A stretch of DNA of 64,000 nt from Alloascoidea hylecoeti (Eukaryota): contig BCKZ01000004.1 in the NCBI GenBank assembly GCA_001600815.1, positions 1,205,566-1,269,565 of the forward strand, read 5' to 3'. The translations under genes and the position numbers were made by a program. Below the pieces are notes generated by a model. It worked only from the letters and a program-made list of their open reading frames with translations. It ran no database searches and was not told the DNA's origin. Positions 23,640 to 37,659 of this stretch are shown here, in pieces. Position 1 is the first letter of the stretch. Each line of letters starts with the position of its first letter.

Positions 23640-26553
23640 TTTTGTATAATATTTGTATAATTATAAATTTAAACAATTCTTGAAAAATCATTGGGAAGTT
23701 AAGCACATTTATATAGTCCTCTAAAAACATAATCCAATTAATATAATCATACGCATTAATACATAACAAAATGGTATTTAATTTCATTATCCTATCCTTT
23801 CAAGATTGCTATTGAAGTTAATGAAGCTAAGCCACGGATTATTAAAGAACTTAACTCCAGAACGGAACTTTAGAGTTTGAATTTGAATTCGTGTTTTTAA
23901 TGATATCAATTGCAGATCCAATTTCTCTTAAAACAAATGAGTTTTATTGTAATTGATGATGATGTGATAATTATAGGAAAATTTACATTAACAATATAAT
24001 TGTGGACTTCCCCTTAAATCAATGAATTTTAAAATGCTTAATTAATATGGTTCTATTCTTGTTTATATGCAAAAGTGATTGATGTATGGTTTTTAATCTC
24101 ACAGGCTTCTTTCTAGAATTCTACTCATCGATATCATCAATTGAACAGAACAAAAATGAATAAAACAAAACAAAGCTCATGATAATCAATTGGTCCATAG
24201 ATCGATTCATTTGCAATATTGTTAAAATCATTATATAGGAATACCATATTATTGCCTGAATTCATGAAATCAATTGCAATTGCAGTTGCAAACTTTATAA
24301 TCATGACATGATCCAACTATATTAAAATTACAATCCATATAATTTAAATATGGCGTTTTACTCCCTATGGAGAAATCAAAGTGTTTCCCGTTTCCAAATG
24401 TAAATTAAAACGTGTTTCATTTGTAAATTTTAAGTTTATATTTGTCATGATTCTCAGTAGATCATTTTAATAGTAATTGTGTAATTGTGTAATTATAACA
24501 TAACCGTTGATTAGAAAGTTAGGAGAAAAACCTATCACCAATATTATTAATTATAACGATGATGGAATTTTGTTTCGTAATATAATTAAAGTTCTGGATC
24601 TAAAAATTGTGGGTTTCCAATGTGAGTTCGGGAATATATATGTCAAAGAAAACAACTCCACAATTTTATGATCATAATCTCTCAACTGTAAGCATGTTAG
24701 GTATTCTACTCAAACAGAGATTATAACTAGGATTGTAATCATCATTGGCAGCTCGAGATAATATTGGTGTGTCAGAGTAAGTCATTAAATCAAACAAGCT
24801 TATTAACAATGAGAACGCCCATGTCGGATTATGTAAGTGAACCATAACAATTACCCTCCCTATCAACGATCCAATGCAGATCCATGAGGAACCTAACCCG
24901 AACATTTTATTTTGATCATCTGTCCCTTGGAGCTGCCATTGAGTTATATAAACTTGTGAATGTTACAGTATTTTCATTGGGAACGTAAGGAATAAATGAA
25001 ATCAAAAAATATCAGAATTTATAGAAAGGTTAACTGGTCAAATGTGATCACGGAACATGTATTACCGCAATCCACGTTTCAGTCCATCGGGTATAATTAT
25101 ATAGATCAGAGCATTAGTTGCAGCTGCAACATTCTCACAGCTTTGATGATCCCGAATTTTGTTTGTCTTTTTATAATTAAGTTCGATCAATTAATTCCGG
25201 ACTGCCTCATTCTTTATTGAATGCTTCATGTTGTTCTGTAGATGATCGTTTATCTATTAAACCTGGGTAACTTAGCATGTAGTGCTTGTACTGGTATCTT
25301 TTAGTATATGATAAAAACACATGGTACAAGTCAAAAATCTACTTACCGATATCTTTAACCAGATATTAATCTCCGCTATATATTCAAAGGAACTTATAGT
25401 TTGATCGCACTTTATCTCATTCATCACCATCCTCAACAAGATCAATTATTTTCAGATATATTGAATAATATTTATTGTCGCGTTTAATCATATAATTAAG
25501 CTTAAATTTAAGATCATTGTTGTAGTGGATTATATTATTGAGGGAACTTACCTTAACAATTGTGTACAAATCCTGTAATAATTAAATATCTATTGAGACC
25601 TATTAAAAATTTGGCGGTCCATATCAGGCTTCAGTACTAGTGTTGATTAATATTAGCGGTTCTTAGACTAGTAACGTTTACGATACACTTGGCTAAGGAT
25701 CAACAACAAATATAAAATATGAATTCAATAAGAGTATGTATAATATATCGAAACTAAACGTTTTTCCTCGACCTTCTTCTGTTTAAGATACTTATCTCTC
25801 TGATAGAAAAGCCAAAATTTTAAAATGAGACTAATAACTTACTAACTAATATACATACCTTTAATGCCACTATATGTAAATGTATACTAATAACCATAAC
25901 AGCTTCATGTGTGAGGTGTTGGTGAAACAATTACTGTTTCTGATCCGGCGTAAATTAATGATGGCTATGTTACTTTCTATATTGATCATCAGAATAGCTA
26001 TGAGCTTGAATTGGATGTTCTTGAGATAGGACCAAAAATTATCCCCAGGTTGAAAGCTTATATGGTATAAACTTAAGTTAAGGATGCTTCTCAGTCGCAG
26101 TTGTTTAGAGTTGTCACACACTGAACGGTGATAATACTACACTATCACTTTTTATATTTATGTTCAATTTTAATCTCTTCATATTTAAAAAGAAATATAA
26201 TGTTTTGTATTCAGTATAAGTTTACCACTAGTCGTTGTTGTCTCCAATATTAGGATCTTCCCATAGTAACAGAAATGTATAGACTTCTGCAACCATAAAT
26301 GGCAAACTGAACTGTAAAGTTCAACACCTTATCTTCTTTGAATTCCCATTAACATCTCTTATGAATTTTGATTAATTATTATTATTTTTCTATTATGATC
26401 CATTTCACATATCGTTTGATAGCTAATTTGTATATCACGTGATATTTACCTGCTTGAAGATCAGGGTAACACCTATTCCAATATGTCAAGATTCAAACAC
26501 GTCCTCATGACAATAAATAAGACACGCCAATTGTAAAAGGGTTATAGGACATA

Positions 26554-27865
26554 ATGGAAACAAGTAATGTGTTATTAAATCAGCCTATTGTGATTGATAA
26601 TGTAAGTTATTTTATATATTTTTGTTACAAGATATTAATTTGAAAATTGATATTAATATTGAATGTTGAAATGATTTGGTTATTAATGATTTTATTTGAT
26701 AAATAGGGATCTGGGACTACAAAAGCAGGTTTTGCTGGTGAGGAACAACCTAAATGTTTTGCTTCTTCAATGTATGTATTAATATAATATATATATAAAA
26801 TGTTTTTCTAACAATAATTTGTATAGAGTAGGACGACCAAAATATTCGAGGATAATGGCAGGAGCATTACAGGGAGATAATTTCATTGGATCAAATGCAC
26901 AAAATCTTCGAGGATTATTAAAGATTCGATATCCTATTGAACATGGGATTGTTACTGATTGGGAAGATATGGAATTAATTTGGCAATCTATATATAATAA
27001 TGACTTAAAAATATCAGCTGAAGATCATGGAGTATTATTAACTGAAGCACCACTAAATCCAAAATCAAATAGAGAAAAAATGAGTGAGATTTTTTATGAA
27101 AGTTTTAATGTACCTGCTTTATATATATCAATTCAAGCTGTTTTATCATTATATGCATCAGGACAAACAACTGGATTAGTTTTAGATTCAGGAGATGGTG
27201 TAACTCATTCAGTACCAGTTTATGAAGGATTTTCAATACCAAATTCAATACAAAGAATTGATATTGCAGGTAGAGATATAACAGAACAATTACAAATTTT
27301 ATTAAGAAAATCTGGTTATTATTTAGAAACTTCAGCAGAAAAAGAAACAGTTCGAATTATTAAAGAAAAATTATGTTATATTTCATTACAACCACAAAGA
27401 GATGAAAAAGATTGGACATCATCAATTTCTTCAACATCAGTTGTTAATTCTGAAAATTATAAATTACCTGATGGTAAAATAATAAATTTAGGTTCTGAAA
27501 GATTTAGAGCACCAGAAATTTTATTTAATCCAGAAATTATTGGATCTGAAAGTAAAGGTATTCATCAAATGGTTTACGATTCAATTAGAAGATCAGATAT
27601 GGATTTAAGATCATCATTATATACAAGTATTATATTATCTGGTGGTACAACATTATCAAGGAATTTTGCAGATAGAATATTAAATGAGTTGAGAAGATTA
27701 TCACCGAGGGGTACAAAAATTAAGATATTTGCTCCACCTGAAAGGAAGTATAGTACTTGGATTGGAGGTTCTATATTAGCGGGGTTAAGTACTTTTAAAA
27801 GAATGTGGGTTACATCTCAAGATTGGAAAGAGAACCCTGGTCTTATTCATACAAAATGTTTATAA
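26554..27865 (+). CDS. ARP1: Centractin / actin-related protein 1 (dynactin); 3 exons: 26554-26601, 26707-26771, 26827-27865
   Basis: [24 protein letters not shown]...|VGRPK...[14 protein letters not shown]...[27 protein letters not shown]. The GTAAGT/GTATGT...TAG introns keep the frame. Confidence 0.93.
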
Positions 27866-27952
27866 AAAATGATATAGTAAATATAGAAAATTGATTTCAA
27901 TTGTATTGTCTTTATTTCGTTATTAATTAATTATAAATAATCAGTTTTAAAA

Positions 27953-28727
<775 letters not shown>

Positions 28728-29056
28728 TGTTTTTAAACCGAGGATAACAAGTAATGATTAAAAGGTTAATTGTTGGAAGAAAATAAAAATAAAAATTTTT
28801 AAAAAGATGGATTCTCTTATCTTTTTAAACTTATTTATAGTAGGAGAAGACCGAAGACTTCTCTAGTGCACAAGAGCAGCCCACCCGCACAAGTACTCGA
28901 TAATGTTACCCGGTTGATGCACACGCAAAACACAACACATCCTGAAAAGTGACCTGATTGTGGCCGGTCATCGCGCTAACTACAATAAATAAAGCAATGG
29001 CAATTAATTGTAAAGCCTTTTCAATATTAATATTAATAATATACAGATATTTTATT

Positions 29057-29597
29057 TTACTCTTCAGCAACAACATATGGATTGTCGATGATTTCACTTC
29101 CATCGACGGGAGCAATTGTAAGAAGTAAAGGTCCTCGGATCACCACTAATCCTAAATCCCGTGTAGCATCCAAAAGAACTGTATCATCATCGGGGTCTAT
29201 TTGTTTCTTATCGTTAGTATCAGTTCAATTGGAGTAGATTTATGAGAATAACTTACCCCTCAGTCTTTCTTTAACTCCATCAAGTACAAGATTCATTAAT
29301 TGATCATAACCCTTGAGAGTACCAGTGACTTCTCTCCCACCAACAAATTTAACTCGGATTTCTTTGTTTTGGTATTTTGATAAATCTAGAATGGCTTCTT
29401 TTTTAGGCCTATCATTCTTCTCTTGTCGTTGATTCTTATTGTTATTATTGTTGTTATAATTTTGCTTTTTACCTTTGCCTTGATGTTGTTGTTTCTATAG
29501 AATTAGCATTATATTAGAATTTTATTCAACTAATCATTATTTAATTCTCCTTTGCTTCAATTGCTCATTTAAGTCGACATACGTTTTCCCCGGCCAT
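29057..29597 (-). CDS. LSM7: Sm-like protein Lsm7; 3 exons: 29597-29583, 29494-29257, 29196-29057
   Basis: PKKEAILDLSKY...VKFVGGREVTGTLKGYDQLMNLVLD...RDLGLVVIRGP...IDNPY. Both introns are canonical (GTATGT; GTAAGT/TACTAAC/TAG). The ORF track missed this gene. Confidence 0.93.
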
Positions 29598-29731
29598 TTT
29601 TGCTTTTCGATTACAGTTAAATTTACATCTTCAAAGCTTTTCAAATCAAGGGTGAAAAATATTGGATGTGTGGGTGTTAACTATCCTTTAACTTTTATCA
29701 TAAGATCAAACAAATAATTTCAATTATCAAT

Positions 29732-30469
29732 ATGGAAGATATCAATATATTTGTTACATCCGATTTAACATCATCAGAGAGAAGAATATCGCCTAACTGG
29801 TCAATCAATTATTTAAAATCAAGATTTGAACCTGTTACTGGTATACCTCCAAGTTTTCAAAAATTAACATTATTTACTTCAAGTATAAACAATGATTCAA
29901 TCGATATAAGATCTTCAAATGACGATATCACAAACATTGGTTCTTTTAACATTGCACCATTTTGTAGAATTCATGTCAGTGATACAAGAGAAGAATCAAC
30001 AGATTTAACTGAAATTAAAGAATTAGAAAATGATAATGATTTTAAAAGATTTACAATAACTGATGAAGAATATTCAAAAAGAAATGATTCTGTTAGAAAT
30101 TGGAAATTAAAAAATAAATTAGGTAGATTTGATGAAGAATTAAAATTAAAATTAAAAAATCAAAATATTGAAGATGAAAAAATTTCAAAAAATTTCAAAA
30201 TTCGTTCAAGATGTAGAATTAATGATAAAAAATCTATTCGTGAAAGAAGAGGTACAATCTTATATATTGGTAAAGTTGAAGAAATTGATGGAAATATTTG
30301 GATTGGTGTTGAATTAGATGAACCTTTAGGTAAAAATAATGGTTCAATTAAAGGAAAGAAATATTTTGAATGTGGAAATAATCATGGTTCTTTTGTTAAA
30401 CCTTCAAATATTGAAGTCGGTGATTTCCCAGAAGAAGATTTATTCGAAAGCGAAGATGAGGAACTTTAA
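29732..30469 (+). CDS. ALF1: Tubulin-folding cofactor B (ubiquitin-like + CAP-Gly)
   Basis: SSERRI...TGIPP N-terminal domain and CAP-Gly WIGVELDEPLGKNNGS...YFEC...HGSFVKP, ending in DEEL. Confidence 0.92.
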   Translation: MEDINIFVTSDLTSSERRISPNWSINYLKSRFEPVTGIPPSFQKLTLFTSSINNDSIDIRSSNDDITNIGSFNIAPFCRIHVSDTREESTDLTEIKELENDNDFKRFTITDEEYSKRNDSVRNWKLKNKLGRFDEELKLKLKNQNIEDEKISKNFKIRSRCRINDKKSIRERRGTILYIGKVEEIDGNIWIGVELDEPLGKNNGSIKGKKYFECGNNHGSFVKPSNIEVGDFPEEDLFESEDEEL

Positions 30470-31169
30470 TAGATATAGCTAGTTGTTATATCAGTTTAAT
30501 TAAAATTTTATGTTGTACAATCACAGATACAATCTCACTATATTTCTCCTAAATGTTATCTAATCTGTTTTCGATTTGAAATTAACTACATGTACTAAAG
30601 TGCTATCTGTTGAAATAGCAATCGCGGTTAAAGAGAAAACAGCTTCAATGATAAGTATTGAGATTTCCCAGATACTTGTAAACGATATTTCTCACACTGT
30701 AATGGTTTTTAATTGATACTTACAGTGATTCCACTTAATTTTGGCCCCCTTGATGGACACTTAAATTGATGAATCTTGGCTGATAATACTTAAACAATAT
30801 GGCCGAATATTTATTAAATTGCGTGGTATAATATTTGACTAAAATAGAACTTTTCAAGAAGACGCAAATATTATTCTTATAAGTATTGTACCGACATAGA
30901 CTAGTAGATTTATGAAACATTTCAGGAACATCTTAAAGCCTTTTAGAATATTCAATAACTACATTTAGTTTAGTTATAGTCTGGTCATTCTTATGTGAAG
31001 TGGTGGCAGTTTAATCTTCATTTACCAGAAATATCAATTTAACGTCTGTTATCCGTGGGAGTAAATTCATAACCCCTTTTTTTTCTTTTAGTGAATATAT
31101 TAAAGTTTAGAAATCAAGTCTTGATAACTTAGGACATCAGCTAAAGTTTAAGGTACAATTCTGTATAAA

Positions 31170-31640
31170 AGAAGACTGGGTTGGTAATATTTGCATTCAT
31201 AATGGTATTATATATGGTGAAGTATCTGGAGGTATAATTGAAACTGGTCAAATAATCCAAGAATTTCGATTTGATATGGTTTGTTTTGCAGTAAATAATT
31301 AATACTTATTTGCTGGTAGCCACTCCAAACTAGTAGTTTTGGATTTACAAACAAAAATAACAACCATTTCATCAGATATAGTAGTAGACAGTTTATGTAT
31401 GAATTATAATAAATTATTTTCAATGAATTATCCTGCTAATATTAAGATTTGGAGTTTATATGATCTGAAAATTAATGAAAGAATTTGAAGATCTAGAAAT
31501 TTTCTTTAAAAATATAGAACTCTATTTCTTACCAATTGAGATTGATTCCAAGAGGCTAGCTGCTATTTTTAATAGCGCTAATAATCTTCTGCTTTGTGAT
31601 TTTACTGGTAATTTAAGGAAAAAGTATTTAAAACATTTAT
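31170..31640 (+). pseudogene. WD40/beta-propeller-like gene relic, paralog A
   Basis: YLFAGSHSKLVVLDLQ...ANIKIWSLYDL...IEIDSKRLAAIFNSANNLLLCDF with stops; it aligns by eye with the relic at 37660-37998. Confidence 0.55.
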
Positions 31641-32636
31641 AATTTATTCAAAATTCATATTTTATTTAACAACCTCTTTACTGAGTGAGTGTAATTTAAT
31701 TGTGTTTTTTCTATCACTGCACTTTTTCAAGACTTCTTCTAATTTGAATGTTTATACCGGATTATATCCACTTTCTTCTTTTTGAAACCGGCAATTATGT
31801 TTATGGAGACCAATGCATTTCGACGATTATGGTATATGGTTCCAATAAGTCAGTTTTTTGGACACAAAATTTCTACCCATGTAAATTATCGGAGTTTGTT
31901 TAAATTGGAGAAATATATGCCTGCAACTTATATAACTTCCGATTAGCACCTTTTATATAGGTAATAAATTAATTTGTTTAATTTGTAATTATTAATTTCT
32001 CCATCTTAAGCTTTTAAAACTTCCTCGGATCAACAAAAAAGTTGTTGAAAGATGTACATGGATTTATAGTTCAAAAATGTGTCTTAGAAATAAAGATGAT
32101 AATGAAGAAGAAGTGGTGATGGATAATTCAGGGTCCAATCTCACTAAACCAAGAAAGATTGCAGTGCCTCATTCTAAAAGGGTTAGTTTGGTTTGATTAA
32201 ATACTTCTGATAGTTTTTATTTATCTTTAATATATATATTTTTTTTCATTATTCAAGTTCATGTGAATTACGTGTATAACCCAAGCTTTGAATATAAATA
32301 AGACCATAGCAGTATACAGTATGTAGCTTATTTATATTTAACAGGACCTCATCAACCTATTGTACTTGCCTATCTATTGTTTTAACAACAAGATTTAATA
32401 TGTGCTTCTTATTATATTTGAGTTCACATATACTCTGTGACACACAATCAGTATTTCCAGTTTAGTATCCGAATGTTTGGGAATGGTCATTTCAAAGTTT
32501 CGGAGATTGTGTTGAATGTGGATCATAAAAATATAATATAAGTAAACGTATTTGTATCCTAGTTTCAGTCTAATCAACCAACAACACTAAATGCAATGAA
32601 ACTATATACTTTTATAATTAACCTACGTGTCCAACT

Positions 32637-32860
32637 TGTTATAGCTAGCCCTCCGGCTGTAAAAGAATTCCAGACCCTCCGAACGAATTCTAAGTGAGCT
32701 AGGCCTACCGGTAGATAGAAGGGCATTCCTCGACAACTTGTGCTTACCGTTTATAACTTACCAAAGATTATTATTAAGGGAGAAGAGTAAAGAACCCGAA
32801 TTGAGAGTGTAACCACTCTTTGGGGAATTTGAACTAGGTCTAGAAGTTTAACATATAAAA
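32637..32860. mobile_element. Solo LTR (224 bp) with 5-bp target-site duplication CAACT
   Basis: It begins TGTTATA and ends TATAAAA, one mismatch from the perfect inverted end TATAACA. It is flanked by caact at 32632-32636 and 32861-32865 and is GC-richer than its flanks. Confidence 0.7.
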
Positions 32861-33179
32861 CAACTTGGAAATTACCAGCAGATACACAAAAACCAAAATC
32901 TCTGGAAACATCCGTTATAAATAAAAATAAGTAGTGGAAAATTAGGATACAGATATTAGATACACTAGATTATGAATGTTTTGTGTTATGAAGTATTGAA
33001 CAAGAATTTATTATAAGTGTAATTGGTTAGAGACACATTGTTGAATAATAAATCCATATATATCATCTCACCACTGACAGCTCCAATAGGTTTAGTCGTC
33101 TTGTGACTAACTGAAAATTCAATTCCAATGCAATTATAATCGTCATAGGATGATGATCGTAAGTGTCTATCGCAATTAA

Positions 33180-33800
33180 CTTCATGATAAAATTCTTGAT
33201 TAGAAAAATCCGAATAAATGGATAACTCATTTAATCGCTCATTTATATATTGATATGTGAGATCTTTATTATCAGAAATTATATGATAAAGGATTGTTTT
33301 GGTGAACGTAATCTAGCTGTGCTTGAAATTTTGAGGTTATATCGAAATCAGTTCCACCTGTTGATTTAACCAAATATCCTCTCTCGTTTAATATCGAAAC
33401 CCCCGATACTAATTCTATAGAGCCTATATCAAGTCTGACTGTTGAGGATCCTGAGTCTACATTATATTAAAATTACTTCCTATAACAGGAATATATGCAT
33501 ATGGAACTCGAGCTGCTACACTTATAAGAATATAAGGAGCTAAAGTATATTATTAAAGATTTAGTATATTCCTCTAGAATCATCGATGAATTAAATCTGT
33601 TGTTTATTAATACATTATCTGTTAATTGGAATCACTTCCATATATAAATACCCGTAACTTTATTTTCAGTTACTGCGTCTAAATTAAGGTATTAGTGGAA
33701 TGGATCCAATAACTGGCTTCTTCAAATATTGACCTATTTGATAGGAGGACTTTTCTAATTTCAAAAGGTGATGAAATTGTTAAGACTAATCACAAAATTT
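33180..33800 (+). pseudogene. Leucine-rich-repeat gene relic
   Basis: LRR-consensus peptides in shifting frames: LAVLEILRLYRNQF, LRILSLHYIKITS, INTLSVNWNHF. Confidence 0.5.
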
Positions 33801-34080
33801 AACTTTTACAATTAACACACTCATATTTCATTCGAAAACAGAAATATAAAAGTGTGGAATTTAACCTCAAATTACGATTCTCATTAGCTACTTATAATGA
33901 ATATATTCAGTACGATAGTAATGTAATTATAAATTAATAAAAAAATTTAAGGAACTAAATTCCAGTTATATTTTAATAATACATAGCAATACATGGCAAA
34001 AGGAACAAATATTTAAATCAAATATAAATATAAAGCCATTAAAATATTAGAAATCTAAATGTGTTTTCGTTCTAATTAGA

Positions 34081-34818
34081 TCATATACGTAGTTGTTCTA
34101 GTGCTAAAAACACATTTAAATCGGATGGATCATAAATATAATCTTTTGGAAAAATATTTACCAAAGCGTTGAATTCATCATTTGTGAAATTTGCTGGTAT
34201 GTAACAATTTGTTGTCTGATAATTTGGTGGTGCCATTTCATTTGCTGTATGCGATGGCAACCGATGAACCCATTTATCTCGGCTTGGAATTTTGACACCT
34301 TCGTTGAAGCTTACACTTTGTAGTGATTGGTATTGGATTTCATTTAATCGAGATTGATTGGTATTATTTCTGGTAGTAGAAGCTTCATGTGTAGACTGGT
34401 TATCTTTTACAAATAGGTCCGATAACTCTTGATTAAGGAAAACATCATTCTTCTTGCATTTAATTTTGGTGATGGATGATTTATCATGATTTGATACTGT
34501 GTTCTTACGAGGACGACCGGGTGATCTCTTAACTTCGGGGATCGATCTGTTAACATTTGATAACAAATGACCCTTAATTATTGGAGTCTTCCATTGTTCA
34601 TAGGTATCATAGTTTGGGGTAATTTGATTAGAAAACATCACTCCTTCATGATTTTTATAAAAGAATTTTCTTGGGGGATTTTCTAATGAAAAATTTTTCA
34701 TGACGGTAAGTTCAGGTTGTCTATAGTTTTGAAAATTACCATGGGGCTCATCTACTATTTCTGCTTGTTTATTACCATTATAACTATTCTCCATGATCAT
34801 ATTAGTATTGGGAAACAT
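34081..34818 (-). CDS. Orphan protein with one AT-hook
   Basis: 245-aa open frame with a KRSPGRPRK AT-hook. The existence of a diverged paralog at 35332-35980 supports it. Confidence 0.6.
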   Translation of the reverse strand: MFPNTNMIMENSYNGNKQAEIVDEPHGNFQNYRQPELTVMKNFSLENPPRKFFYKNHEGVMFSNQITPNYDTYEQWKTPIIKGHLLSNVNRSIPEVKRSPGRPRKNTVSNHDKSSITKIKCKKNDVFLNQELSDLFVKDNQSTHEASTTRNNTNQSRLNEIQYQSLQSVSFNEGVKIPSRDKWVHRLPSHTANEMAPPNYQTTNCYIPANFTNDEFNALVNIFPKDYIYDPSDLNVFLALEQLRI

Positions 34819-34936
34819 ATTTATCGACGGAAGTTAACAATAGTTTATTAAGAAAAGTGAATATAAAATGAAGAAGGAGTTCGAAAGTGAATCCATTTCC
34901 CCGATAAACTGCCATTGTATTGATTCCATATGCATA

Positions 34937-34951
34937 TTCCCTTATAGGAAA
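34937..34951. promoter_or_regulatory. Putative Mcm1 (CArG-like) site upstream of the AT-hook gene
   Basis: TTCC-CTTATA-GGAAA. A CC-N6-GG core is retained at the equivalent position of the paralog (CCTATATGGG, ~35222). Confidence 0.4.
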
Positions 34952-35331
34952 CGGCTATTACCAGATGGAAATAGAGTTGTTCTACCGAATTCCCTGCAGA
35001 TGTGATCCCTTAGAATAACAGCGTTTTTTTTTCTCCAAGTCCCTCCTCCATTCTTTTTATCACCTTAATAGTTATATTTCAGAATTTTATAATTTTAATA
35101 AAAAAAAAACACTAATTCTATGAATATATCAGACCCTAGATCATTTACTATTCTCAGGAAAAGTATATAATTGGTTGTTATATAACAATATTAACTCTAA
35201 ATTCACCTGGAGCCGAGATATCCTATATGGGAATATGCATAAACATTTTGAGCGACTGTTGAACTTCTTCCTCATGTTATATTCACTTCAAATTTCTCTT
35301 GCTAGATTATTGTTAACTTCGGTCGTTAAAT

Positions 35332-35980
35332 ATGTCTCACTTCACTATTATGATAATGGAGAATAATTATAATGCTAATAAACAAGCTAATGAGCCGCAC
35401 GGTAATTTTCAAAACTATGGACAAGCTGAACTTACCATCATGAAAAGTTTTGAATTAGAAAGACCTACAAACGAATTTTTCTACGAAATTCATTAAAAAG
35501 TGATGTATTCTAATCAAATCACTTCAGCTATAATACCCGTGAACAATGGAAGATTCCAATGATTAAAAATCAATTTTCATCAAGTTAACAACTCAATCCC
35601 CGAAGTTAAGAGACCATGGGGTCGTCCTCGTGGGAGCACACCTCTAAATCATTCGCCACTAAAATTAAATGCAAGAAACATGATCCTTTCTACAGTTAAG
35701 AGTTATCGGGCCTATTTGAAAATGATAATCAGTCTAAGTACCAAGGTTTTAATACCATAAATAACACCAATCAGTCTCAATTACAATTACAATTACGACA
35801 AAAAATAAGACTCACCGATAGAGTCAAAAGTCTAAGCAGAGATAATGATGTTCCTCGGCTATCATGGGCGGGTGAGAAATACGAAACATCAAACTGTAAC
35901 TTCGGAAATTTCACAGATGATGAGATCTAATCATTTAATAGCTTGTAATGATAACTAATCCGATTTAGATGTATTTCTAG
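35332..35980 (+). pseudogene. Inverted pseudogenised duplicate of the AT-hook gene
   Basis: MIMENNYNANKQANEPHGNFQNYGQAELTIMK...IPEVKRPWGRPRG matches the 34818-34081 ORF. There is a stop near 35493 and frameshifts. Confidence 0.88.
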
Positions 35981-36186
35981 TTGACTTTATATATATTATT
36001 TGATCTAAATATTTGTATGCTTTTTTATATATTGCTATAATATAACTAGAATTTTATTTCTCAAATTTTTTTATTAATTTACATTACTTTCGTCCTAAAT
36101 ATAGACATTAAATGGTTTACAGATAACTGGAATGCTCACTTCTTTAAAATGTTATTCAAAATACGTTGGCGAATCTCATACTCTCT

Positions 36187-37400
36187 TAGTTAATTAATAC
36201 AATCAATACCGTTACATTATTCATTTATTTTATATACGTATAAATAATACATGTCAATAATCAAAAACTACACAAATTCGTTAAATAGCAAAATTATCAC
36301 AACTAGACAAAAATATAATATCAACAATAAATTATTTAATAATCATCACAAAATAAATCATTTAATTGTTCAAAATCTCTTTCTTTTCCAATTTTTAGTT
36401 GTTTTTCTATTTCTTCATTTGATTTTCCTTTAGCTTGCGGTTTATTGCTGGAGAATCCAAAATCGATAAAGTAAATAGTTCCATCTGAACTTTCAATTAA
36501 ATTTTCTTTTCTGATATCTCCATCAATAATATTTTGAGAATGTAATATTTTTAAATTTGATACTGCTTTTTCGTAATTATCTACGTTTGTAAAATGTAGT
36601 GTCTTTCCCGTTATATTCTTCATTAATATATAAATGCCTCCATCTTCATGATGCTTGTCAAAATTAGATTTAATTATAATAGATCCAAAACAGATTAAGT
36701 CTGGAACAAAGTTAATCGGATTTTCACATATTTCTGTATCAAGTAATAGGTGTCATATTTTGTAGCAAAATGTTCAACACATTTATTAGGTATATTTTCA
36801 ATATCATCAGTTCCTTGATTCGCGCAATAGGGATCATAAATTTTTAATATGTATTAAGTATTTTCTTCCAATGGAAGGGATGATACACCATTATCATCAC
36901 TCATACGTTCTAGGGTGTTTTTAGAAACCCTAAGAACTTGAGAGTGATACTCTCTGTGGCGTGAATATTGCACCATTAATTTCTCCAATTTCAACGGTGT
37001 CAAAGCATCTTTATTTAAACATAAATATCTTCGTATAAAACTTATTGCTTTTCCGTCCAAATGTTTCTCTAGAAGATGATGGATCTCTAATCTGTATTAT
37101 TTAGCTTCTAGTTTTGCTTCCTTGGTATTAATTATCAATACATCTGAAAGAGTTTTCATTGACTTTTCAACCTTTTCTTGCGCATGTGTTTCAAAAAATC
37201 TGATTATTTTTCTAATGAAAATGATTGAGTACAAAAGTAATTGTTTCTCTTTAATAATTACATATTTTACAGGTGTTTTCTTGTAAGAGGTGATATTATC
37301 AAACTGTGTTTCATAATCATTATATTTTGGTAATGGTTCTTGCTGTCATTAAATGTTAAATAGCCTTCAATATCGTAGAGAAACAAGTTTTTCCTTCAGG
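36187..37400 (-). pseudogene. Atypical protein-kinase-like pseudogene, copy 2 (inverted relative to copy 1, longer 5' end)
   Basis: 36187-37203 is the reverse complement of 17554-18513 with few substitutions, and carries the same stop and frameshift. Confidence 0.85.
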
Positions 37401-37659
37401 AGTTATTCCTAACTTATTATATTAGTATAAAAAGAATTATGCATTCCACAATCTAAGGCTCTTCCGACGTATACGTCTTGTGTATCTCGGTTAATATTTC
37501 GCATATTTCTGAACGAATGTTACAATTAGGGCTATTATTATCATTATTTTTAATCGTTTTAATTAAGTCACTTAGATGCGTAAAATTGTATTGTATTTCT
37601 TTGTTTTGCACGTTAAATAACGATGTTTATTTCTAATTTTCAATAAATTATAAATGTTT

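Noticed and set aside
24000..26130. Short coding-like stretches between the YNL208W-like gene and ARP1
   Set aside because: I could not assign them to any family by eye, so the evidence is insufficient.
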